This document shows, piece by piece, positions 1 through 9,973 of a stretch of DNA of 64,000 nt. Source of the DNA: Candidatus Woesearchaeota archaeon CG10_big_fil_rev_8_21_14_0_10_44_13 (GTDB lineage Archaea; Nanobdellota; Nanobdellia; Woesearchaeales; UBA12501). The notes below the pieces were generated by a model. The model was not told where the DNA came from. It saw nothing but the letters and a program-made list of their open reading frames with translations, and did no database searches. The stretch is taken from NCBI GenBank assembly GCA_002762985.1, contig PCXZ01000003.1, positions 7,464 to 71,463 on the forward strand, in the 5' to 3' direction. Both the position numbers and the translations under genes were made by a program. Numbering within the stretch: position 1 is the stretch's first letter; each line of letters opens with the position of its first letter.

Positions 1-654
1 GAAGAGCATATAAAACTAACAAAAAATTCAACAGGTAAAAGTAGAGGATATTTCTTCTATTATAACTATACCCATAATGTAAGAGATGAGCCAAATGGAG
101 CACCCCATCAAGTTATGCATTTATTTCAAGTACAAGCTAATTGGAGTGGCGCAATTGTGGGATATAATGGTCCAAGAGAACCCTTTCAGTTTTTAATAAG
201 TAGTAGTGAGGCAAGGGATATTGCAATTCAAAATGGGATGAAAGAGCCAGTTGTTGAATTGGATTGTGGTATTCAAGGTTATGATTCAGACACCCCTATC
301 TCTGATGGGACTTGTATATGGGGGGTATGGACGTATGAGGGCGTTCCAAAAGGAAATCCTGACTTGTTTTTTATTCATGTAGATACTGGTGAGGTACTTG
401 GCAAAAGGCTAAGTGAGGGAGAGGCTCGTACAGGGGTTGCTGCTCAGACTGGAGAAAATGCACTTGAATCAAAAAACAATGAAAAAATAGACATTGAACC
501 CACACAAGACATTCAAATCAACAATAGCATCCCAGAGGATATATCAAATAAAAAGGACGTAAACGAAAACATGATTACTCCAAAAAATGAAGAAGTGAAT
601 ATTATTCAAATAATAATTAGTTGGGTAAAATCCTTGTTTGTGGTGGTAAAATGA
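1..654 (+). CDS. Secreted PepSY-like protein, copy A1 (5' end outside window)
   Basis: Frame is open from base 1 (EEHIKLTKNSTGKSRGYFFYYNY...). Closely paralogous to 1217..2062. Has a PepSY-like pattern ISSSEARDIA...IHVDTGEVL. Confidence 0.75.
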   Translation, partial: EEHIKLTKNSTGKSRGYFFYYNYTHNVRDEPNGAPHQVMHLFQVQANWSGAIVGYNGPREPFQFLISSSEARDIAIQNGMKEPVVELDCGIQGYDSDTPISDGTCIWGVWTYEGVPKGNPDLFFIHVDTGEVLGKRLSEGEARTGVAAQTGENALESKNNEKIDIEPTQDIQINNSIPEDISNKKDVNENMITPKNEEVNIIQIIISWVKSLFVVVK

Positions 655-1220
655 GAAGATTAATAAGACTTAGTTTATTTTTATGGGCAATTCTTATTTT
701 GATAGCTTTATCTATAAATGTTTCTTCTTCTAGTGGCATAAGTAATTCTGACTCATTTTTGGTAAATTTAAAACCAATAATCCAAACTAATGCTGGAATT
801 ACTGTTAATGCCACAACAGAAGAAAAAGCTTTAGCAGAACAATTAGAAATCACAAATCCCAGGCAACCTTATTCCCTTGGTTTTGTATCGGAAACTTTTA
901 CTCCAACTGAAAAAATAGATAATAAAATCTATTCAAAAATTGATGAGATTTCTTCTCTGCAAATAACAGATATTACGCCCAAATATGTCAAAGATAATTA
1001 CACTTATGGATTTATAATGATTCTTGGAGATATATGGGAATACAAACTTAATGATTTAAAGAATATGGGAATAAAAATGTTGGGTCCTCACTCAACACAC
1101 TCATATAAGGTAAAAATCCCGCTAAACAAGATTAATGAATTAGAGCAATTGTCATTTGTAAAGTGGGTTGGTTATAGCACCAATAAACAAAAATTTGATC
1201 ATTTAGAGGCAGGATTGTGA
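651..1220 (+). CDS. Stand-alone secreted S8 peptidase prodomain-like protein, copy B1
   Basis: ATG at 651 overlaps the A1 stop (ATGA). Signal peptide present. Highly similar to the N-terminal ~175 aa of the S8 protease at 3536. No catalytic domain. Confidence 0.8.
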   Translation: MRRLIRLSLFLWAILILIALSINVSSSSGISNSDSFLVNLKPIIQTNAGITVNATTEEKALAEQLEITNPRQPYSLGFVSETFTPTEKIDNKIYSKIDEISSLQITDITPKYVKDNYTYGFIMILGDIWEYKLNDLKNMGIKMLGPHSTHSYKVKIPLNKINELEQLSFVKWVGYSTNKQKFDHLEAGL

Positions 1221-2062
1221 AAAAAAGAAAGAATTGTCTAAAATGTGGTATTGTTTTGATAACTTTGATATTAGTTGTAATTATTGTCTCAGGTTTTGTA
1301 GTTGCACAGGAAAAAAAATATACACCAAAAACAATGGAGGTTGGTGGGGAAGTTACTAACCCCCCACAACAATCAGCCCCCCAATGGGCAATTGACAAAG
1401 CAAATGATTACATAATCTCTGTGCTTGGTGAAGATTATTTTGAAGAGCACATAAAGCTAGTAACAAACACAACAGGGAATAGTAGGGGATATTTCTTCTA
1501 TTATAATTATATACACGATGTAAAGGATGAGCCGACTGGCACGCCACATCAAGTTGTGCATTTATTTCACGTACAAGCTAATTGGAGTGGTACAATTGTG
1601 AGATATGGTGGCCCGCGAGAGCCTTACCAGTTTTTAATAAGCAGCAGCGAAGCGAGGGATATTGCAATACAAAATGGAATGAAAGAGCCAGTTATTGAAT
1701 TAGATTATGGTACCCAAGGTTATGACTCTAACACACCTATCCCTGGTGGGACTTGTGTATGGGTTGCGTGGACATATGGGGGTGTTCCAAAAGGGGATCC
1801 GGACTTGTTATTTATTCATGTGGATACTGGTGAGTTACTTGGTAAAAGGATAAGTGAGGGTTATAGTGGTGCAATTATGACTAGTACAATAGACCTAAAT
1901 GAAGAAAAAAGAGATGGAGAATCCACACAACCTAATAACACTGATAAAAAAGTTAATCTAACAGATAGAGAAGAAAAAGTAGCTTCTTCAGCCAAAGAAG
2001 AAACAGGCATTTTTAAGAAAATAATAAACTGGGTAAAAGCATTATTCGTGGAGATAAAATGA
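1217..2062 (+). CDS. Secreted PepSY-like protein, copy A2
   Basis: Signal peptide ending VVA-Q, PepSY-like motif, C-terminal amphipathic IFKKIINWVKALF. GTGA overlap with B1. Confidence 0.8.
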   Translation: MKKRKNCLKCGIVLITLILVVIIVSGFVVAQEKKYTPKTMEVGGEVTNPPQQSAPQWAIDKANDYIISVLGEDYFEEHIKLVTNTTGNSRGYFFYYNYIHDVKDEPTGTPHQVVHLFHVQANWSGTIVRYGGPREPYQFLISSSEARDIAIQNGMKEPVIELDYGTQGYDSNTPIPGGTCVWVAWTYGGVPKGDPDLLFIHVDTGELLGKRISEGYSGAIMTSTIDLNEEKRDGESTQPNNTDKKVNLTDREEKVASSAKEETGIFKKIINWVKALFVEIK

Positions 2063-2649
2063 GAAGACTAATCAAGTTTAGTTTATTAATGCTGGTTGGC
2101 CTTATTTTGATAACCTTGTCTATAAGTGCCTCTTCTTCTAGTGAAATAGATAATTTAGATACTTCTTTTAAAGAGTTGACAATGAAACAAATCACTAAAG
2201 GGATCATAGTTGAAGCTACAGAAGAAGAAAAAGCCGTAACAGAACAATTAGAGATTACAAATCCAAGGCAACCTTATTCCCTTGGTTTTGTTTCAGAAAC
2301 TTTTACCCCAACTGAAAAAATAGATAATAAAATTTATTCAAAAATTAATGAGAGTCCTTCTCTGCAAATAACAAATATTACTCCTGAATACATCAAAAAT
2401 AATTATACTTATGGTTTTATTATGATTCTAGGAAAAACAAGAGAAGAAAAAATTGACACATTGGAAAATATGGGGGTAAAATTATTAGGGTATCATTCTT
2501 ATCATTCGTATAAAGCCAAGATTCCGTTAAATAAGATTAATGAATTGGAGCAATTGCCTTTTGTAAAATGGATTGGATATAGCACTAATAAACAAAAGTT
2601 TGATACCGTACTAAACTCTAAATTTGATGATAAGAAGGTGGGATTATGA
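2059..2649 (+). CDS. Stand-alone secreted S8 peptidase prodomain-like protein, copy B2
   Basis: Paralog of B1 and of the S8 N-terminus (EQLEITNP..PYSLGFVSE.FTPTEKID...YGFIMILG...FVKWIGYST). Ends shortly after QKFD. Confidence 0.8.
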   Translation: MRRLIKFSLLMLVGLILITLSISASSSSEIDNLDTSFKELTMKQITKGIIVEATEEEKAVTEQLEITNPRQPYSLGFVSETFTPTEKIDNKIYSKINESPSLQITNITPEYIKNNYTYGFIMILGKTREEKIDTLENMGVKLLGYHSYHSYKAKIPLNKINELEQLPFVKWIGYSTNKQKFDTVLNSKFDDKKVGL

Positions 2650-3539
2650 GGAAAGAAAATCATTTAAAAAGTAGGTTTATGTTAATAAGTTTGACTATTT
2701 TTATAGTTATGCTATCTTGTGTGGTTGCACAAGAAGAATTGCCTCTTAAACCAGATACTTATCCTGATGTTGTAAAAGTTATTCCAACAGAACCAGCTCC
2801 ACAGTGGGTAATTGACAAAATGAATAATTACTTCATCTCAATGATTGGTGAGGATTATTTTGTTGAACATCTTAAGCTTGTAAAGAATCGTACCCTAAGT
2901 AGTATGGGTAAATCAGGAGAAAAATATCTTTTTATTTATAATTATACACATAACTTAAAAGACAAACCTAGCGATAATCCTTATAGGGTAGCGCATACAT
3001 TTAATTTGAGGGCCGATTCAAATGGAGAGTTAGTAGCAGTTAGAGGTGTTAGATATACGGGTCCTAACAAACCCTATAAGTTTTTGATTAGTAAAGAAGA
3101 AGCGATATCAATAGCAGCTGAATTTGGTCTGACAAGGCCTTTTTTTAAAACGGCGGGTAGCGAGGCATACGTATATTATGGTAACCAAGGGTATAATACG
3201 GACACTCCTGTTGAGGAAGGCACCTATGCGTGGGAAATGTCATCATTCAGGAATTGTATTCCCGGAAAACGTGTGGAAGCTTTGTGGGTTGATGTTGATA
3301 CTGGTGATATTATTACTACAAAATCGGTTGAATCGGACTGTAAAGGGGAGGAATTGGGTTCCACTAATGATAGTATCCAAACAGACAATATTAGTATTAG
3401 AGATAGCATTAAAGAGATAAATTATACTGAAGAATTAAAGGAGAGGATAAATAATTTTAATAATAGAAATTCAAGTATTACCCAAAGAATAATCAAATGG
3501 ATTAAAGGATTATTTATAAGAACGGATGAAATAAAATGA
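2646..3539 (+). CDS. Secreted PepSY-like protein, copy A3 (more divergent)
   Basis: Shares APQWVIDK, IGEDYF.EH, FLISKEEAISIA and VDVDTG with A1/A2. C-terminal ITQRIIKWIKGLF. Confidence 0.8.
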   Translation: MRKENHLKSRFMLISLTIFIVMLSCVVAQEELPLKPDTYPDVVKVIPTEPAPQWVIDKMNNYFISMIGEDYFVEHLKLVKNRTLSSMGKSGEKYLFIYNYTHNLKDKPSDNPYRVAHTFNLRADSNGELVAVRGVRYTGPNKPYKFLISKEEAISIAAEFGLTRPFFKTAGSEAYVYYGNQGYNTDTPVEEGTYAWEMSSFRNCIPGKRVEALWVDVDTGDIITTKSVESDCKGEELGSTNDSIQTDNISIRDSIKEINYTEELKERINNFNNRNSSITQRIIKWIKGLFIRTDEIK

Positions 3540-6500
3540 AAAGAAAAATAAGTTTTGGTTTATTAATATGGATTAGTCTATTTTTTATAACCTTATCTTG
3601 TGTGGTTGCAATTGGAATGTCAGAAGAAAAACTTACTAAACCAGATAGTTATCCCATAGTTAGGAAGGTTATTCCTACAGAAGAAGAAAAATCAATAACA
3701 GAGCAATTAGAAATCACAAATCCCAAACTGCCTTATTCCCTTGGGTTTGTCTCAGAGTTATTTACCCCTACAGAAAAAATAGATAGTAAGATATACTCAA
3801 AAATTGAAGATATTCCTTCTCTGAAAATAACGGATACCACGCCACAATATGTTAAGGATAATTATACCTATGGTTTTATTATGATTCTCGGAAAAACAAG
3901 AGAAGAAAAACTTGATGTTTTGAAAAATATGGGAATAAAATTGTTAGGATATCACCCCTATCATTCATATAAAGCAAAAATTCCATTAAATCGTATTAAT
4001 GAATTAGAGCAATTGTCTTTTGTTAAATGGGTAGGATATTCTACAAGTCGGCAAAAATTGGATTCTGAATTAATAGGAATGTTAAACAATGTATCACAAA
4101 ATAAAGAGGAGATTGTAAAAATATTTATAGCTCTATTTGATAATGATACAAACGAAGAATTTAAAAATATTCTTGAAAAAAATGGTGTTAAAGTTATAAA
4201 ATATCATCCTAATCTAAATACATACCTCGCTGAGGCCCCCTTAAAATTGATAAATGACACATTAATCAATTTTGATTTTATATTAGCTATTGAAAGATCA
4301 AGTTATGGACTTGAAAACCATGACCAAAGCATACCTTTGATTGGGGCAGATTATACCAGAAGTTATGGTTATAACGGAAGCGGTGTGCGTGTAGGGATGG
4401 TGGATTCTGGTTATACTAGTGGTCATGAGGATTTAATATCTTATAGTTTATGTGGTGATTGGTCCCAAAGCCCACTTGATTGTTCTGATTCGACAGGTCA
4501 TGGGACACATACAGCCTGTAGTTTTTTTGGTAGGGGTGAAGCTGATCTAAAGTATAGGGGAGTTGCACCTGGAGTAGAGGATATCACTATAGCTAAAGTA
4601 ATTGAAGATGATGGTTCTTCTACTGAGGCAGAGATAATTGATGGGTGGGAATGGATTGCAGATGTATCACCAACACCAGAAGTTGTTAGCTCAAGCCTTT
4701 CTGTCTATTCTGTTGGTTGTAATGGCACAGATACAGCAAGCAGGGCGATTGATGAAGCTGTTTTTAATGATGGGGTAGTTTATGTGCTTGCAACTGGTAA
4801 TGCTGGACCTAATTCAGACACATTGCTTACTCCTTCATGCGCTAAAAATGCAATTGCTGTTGGAAATATATATGATCATGGTCATGGACAAGTGGATAAT
4901 ATAAACGCTAGTAGTAGTAGAGGGCCAGCTGATGACTGTTTTGACAGTGATTGTAGACAAAAGCCAGATTTAGTTGCGCCTGGAACTTCTGTTACATCAT
5001 GTGATAGATTTGATTGGGAAGGATATACAACTAAGTCAGGTACAAGCATGGCCGCACCACAAGTAGCAGGAGTTATAGCTACACTGATTGACCATTACCC
5101 CTCATGGAGTGGACACACTTCCTTAATAAAAGCAAGGTTATTATCAACAGCTTTAAATAAAGGAGGAGATAAATCAAATATCGGAAATACCTATGGATTT
5201 GGTAAAGTTGATTCTGATCTTGACCATTGGAATATGAATCAGTCAGATGGATGGGTTGGTGGTTTTAGCGAAGGTTCCCTAACTGATAGCGATGAAACTG
5301 ATTATTATACAATTTATGTACCTTCTGGATCAAAGAGATTAACAGTTGTTCTTGTATGGCATGAACCACCAGCTTCGGCTGATGCATCCAATGCCGTAAT
5401 TAATGACCTAGATTTATGGGTAGATGGGCAATGGTCTGATTCTTCTGTTGATAATGTAGAACATATCTCAATTGATAATCCTTCGGCTGGCACTATTGAT
5501 GTAGAAATTTATGCTTATAACATCGCCCAAGGTCCGCAAGCGTGGGATTTGGCTTATATGATCACTAGAGGCGACCCAACACCAGTCACCAATCTAACCA
5601 ACAAAACAAGCAACACTTCTATTTATATCAACCAACCATTCACTGTCACAGCAAAGGTTTCACCATCTGAGTTTGTCGCTTCAGGTGTATCCACCAATAT
5701 CACTGTTCCGTCTGGCGTTACAGTATTGTCAATGAATACAACAAGAGAAGATGGAGTGTTTATGAATTATACAGGTTCAGAACAGAGCATCGAAGGAGTA
5801 GATAGAATAAATTTGGGGGATATTATAGTTGGGGATTCCAGAGAAGTGACTTGGGTCTTAAAAGCAACCACATCAGGAACAAAAAACATCTGTGTCAATA
5901 CCAATTCAGACAATGCCGGAATAAACTCTAGCTGCATGAATATTGCAGCATCCAATCCCCCTCCTGAAAATTGCACTAATAATATTGATGATGATCTTGA
6001 CAGCTATACTGACTGTGATGATGGGGACTGTACAGAGGGAACGTCTTGCGGAACAAACCAATGGTGCTGTGGTTCTGGTTGCTCGACAAACGGGGGAAGT
6101 TGCTCATGTGCCGGAATTAGTGGCCTATCATGTGTAGATGGCACATGCAACACTTATAACGAAGCATGTTGTGATGGGGAATTAGGGAGAAATATGCAAT
6201 GTTCCGGTATATCTTTGGAATGTATTGGTGGGGTTGGTTCGTGCGTATATGCAACTTGTGGTGCCCCTCAATGGTGCGATGGGTTGACACCTGGCGGCTC
6301 GGTATGTGAGGATTCTCCAGGAATTTATAATGAATTAGCTTGCGAACTTCTTGGAACTGATTGTTATTATCAAGGAGAAAATGATTGTAATACCCCTTCT
6401 GGTTGTGATGAAAAGGACGAAAATGACTGCTCAGCCACTTCAGGATTCCAGTGTGAATGGCAAGATACTTACCTTGATAATGTTGTAGAAGAGTGCGAGT

Positions 6501-7042
6501 ATACTGATTGTGGAGCCATATCACTATGCGATGAGCAGCAACCAGGATATGATTATGCAAGCTGCACAACCGGAGACCAAAGCTATTTTGCCGATCAATG
6601 CACATCTTCCTGTCAAGGAGAAGATAGAGGAGATAACATCTGCAGGAGCAGTGCTTTTGCCGCTGGCTGTACTGCAGATGCTGAATGCGACGGGTTAGAA
6701 GCAGGTGTAGAATGTAGTGCAGATTGCATCCATTTTGCCAGCGAAACAGAAGGAAGGACAGCAATAGAGCAGGGAATAAACAATTCTGTAATAGGGGGCG
6801 CAATCATCTATACAGATTATTATATCAGATACCTAAACGAAAGCAGAGAGGTTATAGGATTATTTGATAAAATAACAGAAAACCTAAACCAGACATGGGC
6901 ATTCAATTATATAACCGCTGGCGAATTGTTTACCAATATGGGAAATTTGACAAATAAGGTTTATGTTTTAGAGCTGACAAATAGAACAATGGCAAACGTA
7001 ACCTCTGAAATAGAGACTTTTATTGATGCAACAAAGATATAA
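3536..7042 (+). CDS. Secreted S8 (subtilisin-like) serine peptidase with C-terminal beta domains and Cys-rich repeats
   Basis: Catalytic motifs VDSG (Asp), GHGTHTA (His), ATGNAG (oxyanion Asn), KPDLVAPG and GTSMAAP (Ser). Cys-rich tail includes ENCTNNIDDDLDSYTDCDDGDC. Confidence 0.95.
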   Translation: MKRKISFGLLIWISLFFITLSCVVAIGMSEEKLTKPDSYPIVRKVIPTEEEKSITEQLEITNPKLPYSLGFVSELFTPTEKIDSKIYSKIEDIPSLKITDTTPQYVKDNYTYGFIMILGKTREEKLDVLKNMGIKLLGYHPYHSYKAKIPLNRINELEQLSFVKWVGYSTSRQKLDSELIGMLNNVSQNKEEIVKIFIALFDNDTNEEFKNILEKNGVKVIKYHPNLNTYLAEAPLKLINDTLINFDFILAIERSSYGLENHDQSIPLIGADYTRSYGYNGSGVRVGMVDSGYTSGHEDLISYSLCGDWSQSPLDCSDSTGHGTHTACSFFGRGEADLKYRGVAPGVEDITIAKVIEDDGSSTEAEIIDGWEWIADVSPTPEVVSSSLSVYSVGCNGTDTASRAIDEAVFNDGVVYVLATGNAGPNSDTLLTPSCAKNAIAVGNIYDHGHGQVDNINASSSRGPADDCFDSDCRQKPDLVAPGTSVTSCDRFDWEGYTTKSGTSMAAPQVAGVIATLIDHYPSWSGHTSLIKARLLSTALNKGGDKSNIGNTYGFGKVDSDLDHWNMNQSDGWVGGFSEGSLTDSDETDYYTIYVPSGSKRLTVVLVWHEPPASADASNAVINDLDLWVDGQWSDSSVDNVEHISIDNPSAGTIDVEIYAYNIAQGPQAWDLAYMITRGDPTPVTNLTNKTSNTSIYINQPFTVTAKVSPSEFVASGVSTNITVPSGVTVLSMNTTREDGVFMNYTGSEQSIEGVDRINLGDIIVGDSREVTWVLKATTSGTKNICVNTNSDNAGINSSCMNIAASNPPPENCTNNIDDDLDSYTDCDDGDCTEGTSCGTNQWCCGSGCSTNGGSCSCAGISGLSCVDGTCNTYNEACCDGELGRNMQCSGISLECIGGVGSCVYATCGAPQWCDGLTPGGSVCEDSPGIYNELACELLGTDCYYQGENDCNTPSGCDEKDENDCSATSGFQCEWQDTYLDNVVEECEYTDCGAISLCDEQQPGYDYASCTTGDQSYFADQCTSSCQGEDRGDNICRSSAFAAGCTADAECDGLEAGVECSADCIHFASETEGRTAIEQGINNSVIGGAIIYTDYYIRYLNESREVIGLFDKITENLNQTWAFNYITAGELFTNMGNLTNKVYVLELTNRTMANVTSEIETFIDATKI

Positions 7043-7050
7043 TAAAAAAC

Positions 7051-9093
7051 TTACTCCAGCGGAACCTGGCTCCAAAGCGTCCAGTCATTGCTCGGCGAAT
7101 ATGATCCGAAGACATAATAAGGCATCTGGCCCCTGCCGAAATAGGAATTCTGCACATCAGACCACCTCACTGGCGCCCCCGGCCTCACGGGGCCTGCTGC
7201 AGAATAGATAGGGGAGCCGAAAGTCTTCCATGCCTCTGTGAGCATCCTTGTCACATCCCCATAACCTTCAGAGAGATAAGCGCCAGTATATCCTCTTTTT
7301 TTCAGGTAAGCGATAGCATCTACAACGGGCATGTCACCATGTCCTGCAGGAAGGTTTGCATGGCCGTAACCGAAACCGTCTGCGATATGGATATGCCCTA
7401 TTATCCCTGCCTTGTCCATCTTCTTTATCTGCTCCATGTACCATTCGTTGAATCTCTGCGTGAACTGCGCTTCATTCTCGCCTTCATGCCTCTGGTAATA
7501 TCTCTTCCACATGCCTATGTGCTCTGTGTCGAGCGTCGCCTTTATGTGCTGTGCAGCGGCCTTTTTCGCCTGGTCCTCATTGAACCCCCTTTCCCTCATG
7601 AGCCTCTCTGCCATCCTCTGTCTCCCCATCTGGACAAGCTCTATCATCTCTTCAGGATGGCTGCCATATCCCATCTCAGGGAAGACCTGCTCAGGCGCTA
7701 CAAAGACAGGCTTCGGCAGTCTCCTTGCATTTGTCTGGTCCATCGCATATATTCCCACTTCAGCATAAGACGTTGCTGATTTCTCTTTTGCATATCTCTC
7801 TATGGGTTTTGCATGTGATTTGAACAATTCCTGCTCCTTTGCCTGCTGCTCATAACCTATTGAAGCCTGATGAGTGTGTTCTATGTGGCTCCTGTAATCC
7901 CTTATCTCTTTCTCAAGGAATTCCGAAGGAAGCTTCATATCCTTAGGCAGAATCCCATAATCCTGCTCAAATTGCCTTTTCAGCTGCCATTTGTCCTCTT
8001 CGGGTGTTGCGGCTTCGAGCTGTTTATAAAAATCAAGGGATTTCTTGAATTTTTCAAGTTTTTCCTGGAACTGCCTCATCTGCACTCCGTGGTACAATGC
8101 CCATCCTCTTGCCTGCCCTGCGTTCGTCTCTATGTTGGCGTGCAATAATGCTTCCTCGGGGGTTATCCATTCTTCCTGAGGCCTTTCCATGTTCCTCTCT
8201 TTCGCCTCTTCGACAAAATCGTCCCATACCATCTTCCTTACCCTGAACCTGCCGCTTTCAGTATCATAGACCGGCACCCTGCTTTCTCCGGTTAATTTTC
8301 TTTTCTCATAATCGATATAATCCCCTTTCTTCACCTGCACCTTCTGGCCGTTCTCGTTAAGGTATTCATAATCATCATCCGCTCTAAGCCATATGGGCCT
8401 GTAGACCTCCTGGTTCTTCCTTACCTGCTGGATCACCTGGCCGGTCCTGTCATCGACAATCCTCATTATGGCCCTCTCAGGCTCCTCCTCATAATGCTTG
8501 AATATGTATCTCCCGTACTCGTCCCTTGCCCAGGCCTGTTCTGACATTGGCCTCTGGTATTCCCCTGTATGGACGACGACTGCGCCTCCCTGAGTCACGT
8601 CTGCTGCAAAATTCACGGCCTTCTTGACCTCATTGACAAAGGCTTCCCTCTGCTCATCCACAAAGCCCCTTTCCGGCCCTGCGAAACCGCTTAGGTTGCC
8701 TATCTGTGAAGGAGTATGCACTGACGCGATCTTGATCTCGTTGGCTCTTGCCAATTCCCTGAGATCCTCCCTTTTCTGGACGCCATAGCTCTCGACACCA
8801 GTGCCGGGCTCTGAGCCTGCAGGCACTGCAGAAAGCTCGACAGAAGCGGCTCCTTTGAATATTGCTGCCTTCACTGTCTCTACGAAGGTTCCTCCTCCTG
8901 CCCTTCCTTCTGTGACTGTCTGGCCGATCTCATTCACGCCAAGGATCGGCTCCCCTCTTGTGGCTGCGCGTATAGGCCTGTTCAGATTTGTAGAACCAGT
9001 ATAGACGGCATCTGCCTCGCTGACAGAATTCGCAGCATATTCCCTGTCCATAGAACTTGAGTATGAATAAGGTTCGCGTTCATTGAATATCAT
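7051..9093 (-). CDS. Xylose isomerase-like / AP endonuclease family 2 TIM-barrel protein with large helical insertion
   Basis: Motifs SVHTP, VVVHTGE, APE, TLDTEH, HIHIAD, NLPAGHG and LSEG. Confidence 0.75.
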   Translation of the reverse strand: MIFNEREPYSYSSSMDREYAANSVSEADAVYTGSTNLNRPIRAATRGEPILGVNEIGQTVTEGRAGGGTFVETVKAAIFKGAASVELSAVPAGSEPGTGVESYGVQKREDLRELARANEIKIASVHTPSQIGNLSGFAGPERGFVDEQREAFVNEVKKAVNFAADVTQGGAVVVHTGEYQRPMSEQAWARDEYGRYIFKHYEEEPERAIMRIVDDRTGQVIQQVRKNQEVYRPIWLRADDDYEYLNENGQKVQVKKGDYIDYEKRKLTGESRVPVYDTESGRFRVRKMVWDDFVEEAKERNMERPQEEWITPEEALLHANIETNAGQARGWALYHGVQMRQFQEKLEKFKKSLDFYKQLEAATPEEDKWQLKRQFEQDYGILPKDMKLPSEFLEKEIRDYRSHIEHTHQASIGYEQQAKEQELFKSHAKPIERYAKEKSATSYAEVGIYAMDQTNARRLPKPVFVAPEQVFPEMGYGSHPEEMIELVQMGRQRMAERLMRERGFNEDQAKKAAAQHIKATLDTEHIGMWKRYYQRHEGENEAQFTQRFNEWYMEQIKKMDKAGIIGHIHIADGFGYGHANLPAGHGDMPVVDAIAYLKKRGYTGAYLSEGYGDVTRMLTEAWKTFGSPIYSAAGPVRPGAPVRWSDVQNSYFGRGQMPYYVFGSYSPSNDWTLWSQVPLE

Positions 9094-9198
9094 CTTAGCC
9101 TCTTTTTCCGGAATATCCTGGAATGCTTCTTTTTCTGATTATTATCCTTTTAGGTTTATTAATTTTTCCTGGTTTTTCCTGTCCTCTCCTGTTCCGGT

Positions 9199-9849
9199 TC
9201 ATCTCGCATACCAGTGAAGGAGCTTGTCTATCTGCTTGCTCATGCTCGCCTCTTCATGCAGGGATTCGCCTGCTGTCTTGTATTTCTGATCCATCCTCTC
9301 CCAGTCATTCTTTATCATCTCAAGCTCTTCCTTGTACTTGGACTCATATTTCATGAACCTTGCAGGCTCAGTCTCCGCCATCGTCTGGAGCTGATAGACC
9401 CTGTCTTTCATGCCTTCGAGCTTTGCAGTGTACTGGGTCTGATGCTGCGCCTCGTCCATGCTCCTCTGGAGGTTATCCTTGTCAAGGACCTCCTCAAGGG
9501 CCCCTCTTCTCCTCCTGAACTCGATATCTTCAAGTGTTTTCCCTTCTGCACCCTTTCCTGCAGGTGCGCCCCCCTCATTTTCTGATCTCCTGTCGCTGAC
9601 AAACCTCTTTGCCTTGAAGATCTCCTTTTCTTCGGATGTGAACAGGCTGTCGATATCGACTGATGCCAGCTGGGGTATCGGCATGTCCCTCTCTATCTCC
9701 TCTTTTATCTCGATCTCCCTCTCTGACTCCACCATCAGCTTCCTGGCTTCTTCTATCTCTTTCCTGCTCTTCTCCTCAAGCTCTTTCAGGACCTTAAGCC
9801 TCCTTTCAGGGCTGAGCTTCTTCAGCTCATCAGCGTCAAAATCTGTCAT
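9199..9849 (-). CDS. Hypothetical charged coiled-coil protein
   Basis: 216-aa E/K-rich ORF, co-oriented with its neighbours. Confidence 0.75.
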   Translation of the reverse strand: MTDFDADELKKLSPERRLKVLKELEEKSRKEIEEARKLMVESEREIEIKEEIERDMPIPQLASVDIDSLFTSEEKEIFKAKRFVSDRRSENEGGAPAGKGAEGKTLEDIEFRRRRGALEEVLDKDNLQRSMDEAQHQTQYTAKLEGMKDRVYQLQTMAETEPARFMKYESKYKEELEMIKNDWERMDQKYKTAGESLHEEASMSKQIDKLLHWYAR

Positions 9850-9973
9850 TTTTTATGGCCTGTGCTTCAATGGTATTTCCTGCAAAATTGTCAAAAACTT
9901 AAAAATTTTAATGGAAGCCTGGATGCGTTTAGCTTTAAGGAGTGGTGTTAATGAACGGTTTTAGTGAGCATGA

